Shown: positions 22,340-34,845 of the stretch, piece by piece
How the letters are laid out: each line of letters starts with the position of its first letter
Position numbering within the stretch: position 1 is the first letter of the stretch
Assembly: GCF_963921235.1 (NCBI RefSeq)
Contig: NC_086109.1
Location: forward strand, 31,188,001-31,252,000
From: Mobula hypostoma
Lineage: Eukaryota
Direction: 5' to 3'
Length of the DNA: 64,000 bases
Program-made: the position numbers and the translations under genes
Notes under the pieces: generated by a model
The model's database searches: none
The model's input: only the letters and a program-made list of their open reading frames with translations
What the model was told of the DNA's origin: nothing

Positions 22340-23266
22340 AAAATGAACGTGTGAGTGGGATAGCGTTAAAGTGGCAAGTTTGAGACTTTGGCTCAAGAGT
22401 CTTCAGTGAAACCAGGTGAAGGCTAGGTTGAGGTTTCAATCGGGTTTCTCTTTCTTTGTCTATTAGTGCATAATTAGAATAGTAAGGATTGATCCCTGGT
22501 CAGAGATGTACTCCTCATGCAAGATTGAAGATCTGGGGACCTCAAAACTTTGCACATGTAACAGAATCCTAGATGGTATATTGTCTCCCAAGTGCCAGGG
22601 TCAAGGATGTCTCAGATTGGGTCCACGGTATTCTTAACGGGGAGAGTGAGCAGCTCCAAGCTGCGGTGTATATTGGTATCAACAACATAGGCAGGAAAAA
22701 GTATGCTGTTCGGAAGAGAGAATATAGGGAGCTGGGTAGGAAGCTTAAAAAGTAGAACCTCAATGGTGATAATCTCTGGATTTCTGCCTGTGCCATGTGT
22801 CAGCGAGAGTAAGAATAGGATGATTTGATAGATTAACGTGTGGTTGAAGAATTGGTCTAGAGGGGAAGATTTCAGATATTTGGTTCATTGGGATCTCTTC
22901 TGGGGAAGGTATGACCTGTATGAAAGGGACGGGTTACAAATGACCTCGAGGGGGACTAATGTCCATGCAGGCAGGTTTGCTCGAGCTGTTGGGGAGAGTT
23001 TAAATTAGTGATTGGAGGAAAGTATAAGGGGAATGTCAGAGGTAAGTCTTTTCACACAAAGAGTGGTGGATGCCTGGACTATGCTATCAGGGGTTATGGT
23101 AGAAGCAGATATATTGAGGACATTTAAAAGGCTCTTGGATACCCACATGGATGAATGGAAAATGGAGGTCTATGTGGGAAGGAAGTGTTAGATTGACCTT
23201 GGAGTAGGTTAAAGGATTGGCACTACATTGTGGGCCAAAGGCCCTGTACTGTTCTATGTTCTATTT
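22340..23266 (+). mobile_element. CR1 5'/ORF1 segment joined directly to a CR1 3' end (ORF2 almost absent)
   Basis: CLPSARVKDVSD...YIGINNIG...LYERDGL to about 23008, then ttttcacacaaagagtggtgg and tail ttctatgttctat. Confidence 0.75.
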
Positions 23267-24753
23267 CTAGGTGATTGGTAGCAAAGCAAGCACTTAACAC
23301 TGGTGGTGGAGGGAATGAATATTTATGTTGGTGGATAGGATGCCAAAGACATAGGCTGTTTAATCTTCTAAGGTACTGAGCTGCCTGATTGTTGTTGGAG
23401 TTGTCCTCACCTAGGCAAATGGGATCCTTTCACCACAATCCTGACTGATGTATACTTTGTTGATGTGGAAGGACTTCGAGGAGTTTAGAGGTGAGCCACA
23501 CCATGTAATATACTCTGATACAGACCTGCTCTTGAATCCTCAGTGTTTGTGTGGGTGATTCAGTCAGTTACGTATGTCAGCACTTTCATGCCTTGCCTAT
23601 GTCGTGCTGCAGGCTGGTAAAGTTTGCTTCCTTCTCTGAGAAGTTGCCTATTAAGCATTCTGCTGTTGCTAATGAGCTTCTCCACTTCTAACCTTTTGAT
23701 GCAGCTAAGGACACTGATGAAGCAGCTGAAACTGTTGCCATAACAGCTCAACTCCTGTAGCAAAGTCTTGGTTTGCAATGATTGCCCTCCAATAGACACT
23801 TCATTGTGTCACAAATAGCACCAACTAATGAAAAGCTTCTCCATTGATTTCAAAATGTTTTATGATAAAGAGTAATCACTTTCACCTCATCTCTAGAACT
23901 CAACCGGGACAACACCATGGAGTTTAATTGTTAATTGTTGGATTTATTATCTATTTATTACCTCTGTTTATTATTTGCTTATTTTTACTAGGTAGCACAT
24001 ATAGAGTCCTGTCATACAATTTCCATATGTTTCCTTAAGTGTTCAGTCACTAAGCCATTATCGGCAGACTAGCGGTGTGTAAGAAATTTGGGAGAAGTTC
24101 AAAGATACTTTCTCACGGGCCAAAGGGCCAGTACTGTGGTGTACTGTTTGATGTCCTATACTGTTGAAAGGAAACTTTTTTGTTCTAGTTCACTGAGAGA
24201 TTCATGTCTTAGGCAGAGACAATGGTAGGAAGAGGACACTAACTTAAAATGATCAATGTGACTTTCATGTTGAGTGGAATTGTGTGGTGGATGAGGTGGA
24301 GCAATGGAAGGGGAAAACAAAGGAAGATGAATAGTGGTGTGGTCAGGAGGGATGGGTGGAGAAACTTCTACAACCTGAATCTGTTGTTTTGGCTGTTGGG
24401 CCTCCTTCTCATAGAAAACATTGTGTGTTTATGAAAAAGAGTATGAGAGAGTTTATTTCCTCAAAATCAGTCTCAAGAGGCCTAAAAACCAAAATGTGAC
24501 TGTTTCTTTCTATGTTAGGTTGCATAACGACAGGGTGAAGCTGAAGGCAACTGTAGCAAGAATAGATGTCTCACGATTTGAACCCGGTGGTTGCTGGGAG
24601 CACAGGAAATCTTGGGGGACAACAGGCAAGTCTCAGATTTCCCTTAGCCTAATGTATCCTCTACATTATAACAAATGATGGTTAAATCTCGGTAGGAAGC
24701 ATTCATGCAAAGCATAATATAAATGATAGGAAAAGCTTCACTGATTATTCCGT

Positions 24754-24925
24754 AAACACGAGGAATTCTGCAGATGCTGAAAATTCAAGCAACACACATC
24801 AAAGTTGCTGGTGAACGCAGCAGGCCAGGTCAGGACGAAGGGTCTCGGCCCGAAACGTTGACTGTACCTCTTCCTAGAGATGCTGCTTGGCCTGCTGCGT
24901 TCACCAGCAACTTTGATGTGTGTTG
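24754..24925. mobile_element. Penelope-like inverted terminal-repeat unit
   Basis: Perfect 38-bp inverted repeat 24790-24827 / 24888-24925 flanking a hammerhead-like core. Confidence 0.75.
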
Positions 24926-26991
24926 ACTGTTTATTCTGGTTGGAGATGGACAATTCAACCATTATCGTAAAAGCTCCTGAATTCTTCTCATGGATTATAA
25001 TATTTCTGCCATAATTTCAGTATGGGAAAAAATTATCTGCACACAATTTCAGTTTTTATTGTCTAGAAACCATCCTGCTACCATTTGGCAGTCTCTTCAT
25101 CAAATTCAAGCTCTCCCTCTCCATAAATGAATATAAGAGAACTAAATCACTCTGGCCATGAGGTACAAAATATTATACTTCTGCGCATCTGACCTGTGGT
25201 TCCACTGTTAGCTTCACCACTGAGTCCAGTAGTGGGGCACTAACATGCCAGGCTGAACTTGATTTATTTGAATGAGTTTGCTAAGCATAAATACAAAGCT
25301 CAGTGCAGGTTAATAGTTTATTTTTCTTTATTTTAATGTTTTAATTAATCTCTTACAATTTAAAGTATTTGTGGTTAGTTTTTAATATATTTAATTAGAA
25401 ATCTTTATTTTTAGTGACTGATGTCTGAACAGTTTTTACATATCTCTGTTTATTAGAGACTTCTAGAAACAATTAAGAACAGTGAAACTGTCAAAAGGCA
25501 TTCCAGGGTCTTCCACCGAAAAGGCCAGTCACCACTCACAGCTCACTGCACTTCACAGGAGAACTTGAGGGAATGAAGGATCAGTCTGGTCAGCCCTATG
25601 GATTTGAATACAGTTGGTGCCTGCAGGCAGGCACTGTGGATGGAGTTACTGAGATATGGTCCAAATCCAATACAAACTGGCCCAAACTGCATCAGTTCTC
25701 AAAACTGCTCCTATTGCTGTCAATGGAATCCACTTTACTAAGCAGAGTTTGATACATAAAGTACACACGTGACCTGAATCAGGTTTAACTTACCAGATAG
25801 AGTTTTTACTACCATAATGATACTTTCTCGTCATTTAAGAATTGAAAACCATAGATGTTTTCCAATAATTTGCTATGGAATTTCTGTTATCAGACTTGTT
25901 TACTAAGTGCACATTATGCTCATTTGAATCATACAAATATTGCATTTCATATTTATGTGTTTTGGACATTTAAAGTTTATAATAAAGCAGTGAGTAGATT
26001 TTGTCTTAAACTATTTCAAGCTAACAGATCAGAAGGTAAAGGCATTTATTTACAGGATAGACTGAATTCTAATTGAGAGCTACCTCACACTGAGCATCCA
26101 GCAGTTGGTCACTGTGAGAAATCTGAAGGAAAAGGAGATTGTTATTTCCACGAATGCTCCACTCCAATACAGGTTGCAAATATCTAACATCATACTCTAT
26201 AGATAATCACCATCAAAAATTGATCAAATTGTTACTTAACTAAAGCAGATCCAAGTAGCATGGAATGCCAACTTGAATGGCTGCTAATCTAAATTATCGA
26301 TAGGCACCATGAAGCTATGAGTAATTCTTTGCCCTCAAATGATATTTTAAGACATTTATAAACTGTATATTGGCTTGCTGGATAAATATATTTATATTTT
26401 AAAATACTTGTGCAGGTGTTACAGTTACCTTAATCCTGAATGCTTTTATATCACAATGACTTTTATTTACTTTTATTTCCCTTCAGCAGGTGGGGACTTC
26501 TTTACTGTATATCATTGTGTTTAACTTACTGATGTGACATAGCTGTAACATAGACTGTCCTGAATTTAGAGACACCAGAATTCAGTTGATGAAACAGAAT
26601 GAAACACAAACTTCCACTCGCACATTATGGAGGTCAGGAACATGCTGACTGATTCAGATAGCTGTACTCATTAATTTGCCCCTTTGCATAATGCACAACC
26701 CATTCTTGCAGTACTTCACCAAAACAACTCTGTGGAATCGCCATTCAGATCTTGGACCAAGTCTGACAGGATCTCAAATCCCATTGATGTTATTTGTGGT
26801 TATAGTACAAGAACTTAAGAGGCAAAGGAAATAAAAGCTATTTATTTCAATTATCTTGCTTTAATACAGTATTCTAAATATCTACCGTAGTTTATATACA
26901 TTAGCATTATTAAAATGTAAGTGTAAAATAAAATCATTGATATACTTCAATTTTAATAACCTTTTCTATATGTATACAACATTTAAAATTA

Positions 26992-27630
26992 CATAGAACA
27001 ATAGAGTCTGCTATGGCCCATGATTTGTGTTGACCTTATAATCTACTCTGTGTGGCACATAGCCAAGTGGATAAGGCGTTGGACTAGCCACCTGAAGGTT
27101 GTGAGTTCGAGCCCCAGCCAGGGCAGAATGTTGTGTCCTTGAGCAAGGCACTTATCCACACAATGCTCCAGTCCACACAGCTGAAAATATGTACCGGCAA
27201 AACGCTGGGGGTTAACCTCGTGATAGACTGGAGTCCTATCCAGGGGGGAGTCTCATACTCTCAGTCACTTCACACCATGGAAACTGGCATAAGCACTAGC
27301 TTGATAAGCCTAAGGCTCAGGACAGACTTTAACTTTAACTATAATCTACTCTGCAATCAATCTAATCCGTCCCACCTACATAGCCGATAACCCTTCATTT
27401 TTCTTTCATTCATGTGCCTGTCTAAGAGGCTCTTAAATGTTCCTAAAGTACCACCCTCCACCACAACATGTAGCAGTGCATTCCAAACACTTAACATTTA
27501 CTGTGTACAAAAAACTATATCTCTGACATCTTCCATAAATTTTCCTCCACTCACCTTAAATGGATGTCGTCCGGCATTAATCATTGCTACCCTGGGAATA
27601 AAGATGCTGGCTGTCCACTCTATCTATATC
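26992..27630 (-). mobile_element. CR1 3' end, interrupted by a SINE
   Basis: Tail catagaaca at the left; ccctccaccacaac..gcagtgcattcca, tttcctccactcaccttaaa (antisense of the CR1 ORF2 end). Confidence 0.75.
27051..27339 (+). mobile_element. Full-length tRNA-derived CORE-type SINE with 14-bp TSD
   Basis: A box tagccaagtgg, B box gagttcgagcc, CORE-like gtgtccttgagcaaggcactt, tail (acttta)n; TSD tataatctactctg at 27037-27050 and 27340-27353. Confidence 0.9.
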
Positions 27631-30596
27631 TCTGTTAAATTAATCATTTTTAATTATAAATCAAGTTTATTTCGATCTATAAAAAATCTGTCAGATAGTT
27701 TTATGAAATTTAATAGAACACTTCATAAGTCAATGACTATGAATGTAAAAATGAAAGTCATTGCCCAGTTTAAATCATTTTATTATTTTGTTTATTTTGA
27801 TATAAAAATTCTAATTGATTGTATAAATTAACAATAGTTTTTATTGCTGACGAGGACTTTCATGGATGGGGACCCTGCTGAAAGCTATCGAAGGTCAAGT
27901 TGCCATTCAGTCTTGGCATTGATTTCTCAGATGTAGTGAGTGTGAGATGTACCTTTGCAGTTTGGCTCAAGAAGATAATGGGATGACAAACCAATGTGAG
28001 GCCAGCAGGTCTACACTATGTGGTCTATTCTATTTTGGAGGACAGAAGGAGAAAAGATCTGTTTTATAATCATCTGAGCTGGCATGGCAACTTAATGGAT
28101 TGCAAAATGTTTCTGTATTGTTTATGGAAACTATGAATTCTTGGAAAACTTTAATAGATGTAGACGCTAGAAAACATTTGGGGAATATGACAGAAAAATG
28201 TTGTTCAATTCTGATTCTCTTTATGCTTAACAGCTGGGTGCATCTTATACAGAATTCAGCAAATTCCGTTTTGACAGGCAAAAAGGGACAACCTATTTAC
28301 TTTCTCGTGCTGTGGCCTGAAATTAAAATTATGTTCTTGAGGGATATTTAATGAGCTATTTACTCACAAGCCATTTCTCATTGGTTCACAGGTTTCCTGA
28401 CACATGTATCAAAGGAGAGATCCTTACCAAGGCAGCTTTTCCTGTGTGTGCCACTTACCTCAAAAAATGATTTCGCTGCTGTGAGTCCCCATCTGTTGTC
28501 TGTCACTCTGTACTTTCAAGCTACACTGTGGGATCAATGTTTTCTCCAGCATGGTACTAAGCCTGACATGTCCAGCTGTTAAATGCACAAGCCTAGGAGA
28601 TGCAGATGCTAGAGCCCCACAGGAGCTGAGGCAACTTCTCCGTATATGGACCTATTGCTGTCGAATGACTATTCCTCTCTGGTGAAAATTGCATTGCGAA
28701 TGGTCTGATCATTTTCACGTACGATCCCTTGATAAACACTGAACTTTTTACAAGTCGAAGAGCAGGGAAAATAAAACTCTAGTTGGAGAAAAAAAACAAT
28801 ATATCAACATGATGGGAATTCATCTGCCTTTTCCTTCAAGGCTTCAAACTAAAGACCAAAGAATGAAAGATCTGTGCAGCAGATGAAGAAAATGGGATTG
28901 TTCAACGATCCTTTAATAATTACAATTGCTTGCAGTTTTGTCTACAAGGTCTGCAGTGCTTCTAGAAGAAGAAGCTTTTCAAATAATGGGGACACCACAC
29001 AGGTGTGGCTAATAAGACATTCTTCATGGAGAAGTTGCAGCTGGGATTTGCAATGGCTTAATTACTCTGAAGAACTAAAGAGCACATGCACATAAACAAC
29101 GAGGACGGATTTACACTGGCATAGAAGGACCTCTCATGCTCTGAGGCACATGCTCATGCGTTTTTGTAACATCCTGCAGTTTCCGTGCTCTATCTTATCA
29201 TTTCATACAATTACAGAGCATTAGGCAAGCTCTTGTCTGTTTGTCCATGCCTGTGATCTATTAGACCAATTACAGAATCTGATTACCTGAACGCATTTCA
29301 AAAACGGCATTTTTCTTTTCCAATTTTGAATGTGGCATTCAAGACAAGTTTATCATTCAGTGTGTTTAGAGAAAAAAAAAATCCTAATTTGTAAACCTCT
29401 AACAGATTTTGTATGTTGTATCTTTGTAGGAAACCTATTTAACTGTGTCTGTGCTCATCACGTAAGGCCTGCAATGCCATGATGGAAAGCTGTGATGTGG
29501 ATAGAGTGCATCTCATGCTGCCAAATAAAGCTGTTACTTTACTGAACAAACATCCACAAGAGAAATTATTGCCTCTTTGTTAAACAAAAACACTGCAGAA
29601 TGGAACCTTACCATGAAAATGAACTTTCCTTTATACCTGCTCTGATTCTGCTTGTTCAAGTGAAAAATAAAAATGTCAGTATTAACAAGATAAGAATGAA
29701 TTTCCACCTTCTGCGCATAAATGCAAATTTCATGAAAATAAGCAATTCTTTAAAGTCATCTTTAACATTTTATGAAAATCATTTACACTTATAATCACCA
29801 ATATGTTCTATGGCTCAATGCTTTGTGCATGAACATATTCATAATTTTATTCTGATTTTGCATGCACAGTCACATCTATTTGAGAAACACATTGAATAAT
29901 TTTTGACTTCTTGTTTCTACTGTTTTATGATCATTTTTATAACTGTTCATAAATATAGCTTTCCACTACATTCCATTAAGGCCTAACTATTAAATATGTA
30001 TCTGTAAAAAATAATCTTCAAAATTCAGGAATTTTGGTGGGAAAGTTATTCTTGCTTGAACAACCTATTTTGACTTGACCTGACAAGCATATTTCTTGTT
30101 TATGTATAAGTAACCTTGTCTAAGCAATACAAAGGTCCTTGAGTTGGAAAGCTGGATGAAAATCATCCATGGACAATTGTAAACTGAGGTAAAAAAAGAT
30201 GAATGAGTTAGATAGAATTGTGCTCTATGAAAACAATTGTGCTCCCTCAGCCCATACTTACATTCTACTCAAGCTGAGATAGAAAAAGTCATTGAGATGG
30301 GTAAATATATTAGGTCACTTCAATACATTTTTCTCAAATGTATAATGCAGGTACAACTAAAAGTCCTGAGATTAATGCATTGGACAGTTAAGAGTGGGAG
30401 ACACAAATGTATGAGAGAAATCTTAAATTCTGGGTCTACAGTTCTTGTGCACAAATCCCCATTGACGTGTATTTATTTCAAAATTGGAAACAATTTTTAT
30501 GCATCAAGGTGACCACCAGAAACTGTCTATCCATGCTCAGGTGAGGAAACTTGTTGTACTTCCATTTCTAGGGGAAAGGAATTGTTCCTCCTTTTG

Positions 30597-31800
30597 ATCA
30601 TAAGACGATAAGACACAGGAACAGAATTAGGCCATTGAGTCTGCTCTGCCATTCCATCATGGCTGATTTAGTATCCCCATAACCCCATTCTTCTGCCTTC
30701 TCCCCATAACCTTTGACATCCTTGCAAATCAAAAAACTATCCAGCTCTGCTTTAAATGACTTGGCCTCCACAGCCATCTGTAGCAATGATATCCATTGAT
30801 GCACTATCTGGATAAAGAAGTTCCTCCTCATCTCCATTCTAAACGGACATCCCTCTATTCTGTAGCCATACCCTCTGGTCCAAGAGGACGCAGCCTATAG
30901 TTTCCCATCCACTGCAGGGAACGTCCTCTCCACGTCCACTCTATCTAGTCCTTTTCGATATTCAATAGGTTTCAATGAGATCCCCTCTTATTCTTCTAAA
31001 CACCAGTGAGTACAGGCCCAGCCAGAGTCACCAAATATTCGTCATACATTAATCCTTTCATTCCAGGAATAATTCGTGTGAACCTCCTCTAGACTTTCTC
31101 CAATGCCAGCGCGTTATCTTTTAGATAAGGGGCCCAAAGTTGCTCACAATACTCCAAGTGTGATCTGACTAATGGCTTGGTCAATGGCTAATGGCTAATG
31201 AGGGAGTTTGATATGGCTCTTGTGGCTACGGGGATCAGGGGGTATGGAGGGAAGGCTGGGGCAGGGTTCTGAGTTGGATGATCAGCCATGATCATAATAA
31301 ATGGCGGTGCAGGCTCGAAGGGCTGAATGGCCTACTCCTGCACCTATTTTCTATGTTTCTATGTTTCTAAAAGTCTCAGCATTTCATCATTGCTTTTATA
31401 TTCTAGTCCTCTTGAAATGAATGCAAACATTGCATTTGTCCTCCTTACCGCCAATTCAACCTGCAAGTTAACCATTAGGGAATCCAACGTAAGGACTCCC
31501 AAGTCCCTTTGTACCTCTGATTTTTGAATTTTCTGCCTATTTAGAAAATATTCAAGGCCTTTATTCCTTCTGCCAAAGTGCATGATCATACACTTCCCTG
31601 CACTATATTTCATCTGCCACTTTGCCCATTCTCCCAATCTGTCTCAGTCTTTCTGCATTCTCCCTGCTTTCTCAACACTGCTTGCTTCTCCACCTATGTC
31701 TGCAAACTTGGCCACAAAGCCATCAATTCTCCCATTCCAATCATTGAAAAGAAACGGTCCCATCACTAACTCCACAATACTAGTCCCTGGCAGCAAACCA
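30597..31800 (-). mobile_element. Older CR1, RT to 3' end
   Basis: ORFs 31644..31859 (AKFAD), 31359..31637 (EVQRDLGV), 30598..30837. Confidence 0.88.
31200..31368 (+). mobile_element. Young-subfamily CR1 3' stub nested antisense in the older CR1
   Basis: Near-identical to 4646-4806 and 12684-12846. Confidence 0.9.
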
Positions 31801-31947
31801 GGAATGGTCATGGGATAATTGGAAGCTCTTTGGTCACATTTTGGAATCACCTTGCCCACCTACCAGGCAAAACATACAGTATTCCTATTTTGACACTGTG
31901 ACTTAATTGCAATAATGCCCATGCATGTCATTTGGGACAAATAATGT

Positions 31948-32629
31948 GAGGAGGAGGAGAAGATGGCGACGCGACGCAGTGCGCGCAGCCTCTCCGGTGA
32001 ATGATATCTGTAATCTGTCAAGTAGGGGACCGTGCACAATTCTGATTTGATGGAGACAGATGTGAGACTACGGAGGAACATCTGGAGAAACTTCTGAAAT
32101 GCCCACTTTGCTGCCGCTGCTGCTGTGTGGTAACCGGAATCTCCAGAGCAGAAGGCCCCGAATCCTCGGCTTTGCTTGTTTCGGTGGCCGGGGCTTGGTC
32201 GAAGGCGCTTGGCAGAGGATGGCGCTCAGGAGGCTGTATCAGAGGGGCTGGTCAGAGGCTCGAAGTTTTCGGATGGACGGACTCGGTGTCGGCTGTGGTC
32301 GGCTTCTCCCAAGGCAGTTGTCGGTGCCTTGGAGGTTTATGGCATGGAGTTTCTCCCTTTTGCCGCCTGCTATCAGTGACTCGGGAGTCGATCGGGACTT
32401 GAGACATTATTTTTACCGTGCCCATGGTCTGTTCTTTATCAAATTATGGTATTGTTTTGCACTGCTGTAACTATATGTTATAATTATGTGGTTCTGTCAG
32501 TGTTAGTCTTTGGTTTGTCCTGTTTTCTGTGATATCACCCTGGAGGAAAATTGTATCATTTCTTAACGCATGTATGCATTTCTAAATGACAATAAAAGAG
32601 GACTGAGTGTTCTCATAATCTAATCTAAT
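31948..32629 (+). mobile_element. CpG-rich non-autonomous retroelement, about 680 bp, no tRNA head
   Basis: Starts gaggaggaggagAAGATGGCG, many intact CpGs, AATAAA at 32591, (taatc)n tail. Confidence 0.65.
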
Positions 32630-33348
32630 AGCCTGAAGATTGGTTAGGAACATGTAAATTCTGTGTAAGCAAATTAAACTGAATTTAGCTTCCAAACGAG
32701 CTGGTGTACCATTGACTATTTATCATTACAAATTAAAAGTATATGACCAGAGGTTAGGTTTCATCCTTTTTTTTTTTGGAGGATTGTGCTGATTGTGCTT
32801 CAAAGGCCCAAATGAATCAACCCCGCCCCCCCCCCAAATTGGTGAAAATTGCCAAAGACTGGTTTACTTACAGAATTACAACATGCTTGATTCCCAATGG
32901 AATCAAACTCAGTAACTCAGTTGACATCAAAATACTGCTACATAGCGATCTCAGAAGTCCAATAGGCTTTAATGACACATTTCACATGGTGCCAGACAGT
33001 GGCAAACACAGTCTACAACTGCCAAGAAGAAAAAAAGAGGGTCCAAAGAAATGCAAAAGAGTTCTCAGGTATGAGTAATGTACAGCTGTTTCCTCAAGGT
33101 GGGAGAACCTGACACCAGGGAGCAATACTGGAAAGATTTTAATGTTCTCACATGGTATTTCAGGGTAAGCTTTGCATGAGCAGTAATACTGCTCTTTCAT
33201 TCTTCTACACATATCCACCCTCACCCACCATTCTCATAAAGGTTCACCCTTCAAGGGATGATTAAAAAATATTCTCAATATCCTACACATTTGGCAGAGA
33301 CAGAAAGGAATAGGAAAGAGATCAACCAACAAGGGAATAAAGCATTTA

Positions 33349-34845
33349 TAGTGTCTATAAAAAGTATTCACATCCCCTGGAAATTTTCATGTTTTATTGT
33401 TTTACAACATTGAATCACAGTGGATTTAATTTGACTCTTGACACTGATAGCAGAAAAGACTCTTTCGTGTCAAAGTGAAAACAGATCTCTACAATTAAAG
33501 CCTCAAGTTTGTGTGGATAGGTCTCTATCAGCTTTTCATATCTGGACACTGCAATTTATACCCATTCTTCTTTACAAAACTGCTCAAGCTCTGTCAGGTT
33601 GCATGGGGTTCATGAGTGAACAGCCCTTTTCAAGTCCAGCCACAAATTCTCAATTGGATTGAGGTCTGGACTCTGACTTGACCACTCCAGGACATTAACT
33701 TCATTGTTTTTAAGCCATTCCTGTGTAGCTTTGGCTTGATGCTTGTGGCATTTGTCTTGCTGGAAAACAAATCTTCTCACAAGTCGCAGTTCTCTTGCAG
33801 ACTGTATTAGGTTTTCCTCCAGAATTTCACTGTAGTTTACTGCATTCATTTTACCATCTATCTTCCACAAGCTTTTCAAGGCCTGCTTCAGTGGAGCATC
33901 CCCACAGCATGATGTAGCCACCACTATGCTTCACGGTAGATATTTTAGATGATGTGCAGTGTTTGGCTTACGCCAAGCGTAGCATTTAGTCTGATAGCCA
34001 ATAATCTCAATTTTTGTGTCATCAGACCTTAGAACATTCTTCCAGCTGACTTCAGAGTCTCCCACATGTAAACTCTAGCCAAGATTTCATGTCAGTTTTT
34101 TTCAACAGTAGCTTTCTCTTCATCACTCTCCCATCAAGCTGCGACTGGTGAAGCACCTGAACAACAGCTGTTGTATACACAGTCTCCGTTCTCAGCCACT
34201 GAAGCTTGTATCACCTCCAGAGTTGTCATAGGTCTCTTGGTGGCCTCCCTCACTAGTCTCCTTCTTGTATCGTCACTCAGTTTTTGAGAATGGCCTGCTC
34301 TAGGCAAATTTACAGGTACACCATATTCTTTCCATTTCTCAATGACTGAATTAACTGTACTCCAAGGGATATTCAGTGACTTGGAACCTTTCTTATGTTC
34401 ATCTCCTGACCTGTGCTTTGCGCGGAGTTGCTTGGAGTGTTCTATTGTTTTCACGGTGTAGTTTTTGCCAGGATACTGACTCACCAGCAGTTGGACCTTC
34501 TAGATACAGATGTATTTTTATTACAATCAATTGAAGCATCTTGACTGCACACAGGTGATCTCCATTTAACTAATTATGTGATTCCTAAAACCAATTGGCT
34601 GCACCAGTGATGATTTGCTGTGCTATATTAAAGGGGGTGAATACTTATGCAATTAATTATTTTGTGTTTTATATTCGTAATTAATTTAGATCACTTTGTA
34701 GAGATCTGTTTTCACTTTGACACGAAAAAGCTTTTTTCCTCTTGATCAGTGTTAAAAAGCCAAATTTCATCCACTGTGATTTAATGCTGTAAAATAATAA
34801 AACATGAAAACTTCCAAGGGGAGTGAATACTTGTTGTAGGCGGTG
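33349..34845 (-). mobile_element. Tc1 (DD34E) IR/DR-type DNA transposon, decayed transposase
   Basis: Long imperfect TIRs (33349-33494 / about 34695-34845), TA at the left end; HTH remnant SKSLNIPWSTVNSVIEKWKEYG; catalytic remnant FVFQQD...EWSSQSPDLNPIENLW. Confidence 0.93.

Noticed and set aside
27051..27125. tRNA gene
   Set aside because: It is a SINE head: no complete cloverleaf, and it is followed by a core, tail and TSD.
28490..28530. CACAGTG heptamer (minus strand) as a V(D)J recombination signal
   Set aside because: No nonamer at 12 or 23 spacing and no V/J segment nearby.
32099..32470. Overlapping ORFs in the GC-rich block as a host gene or CpG-island promoter
   Set aside because: Open in several frames because of GC content; bounded by a retroelement-type tail.
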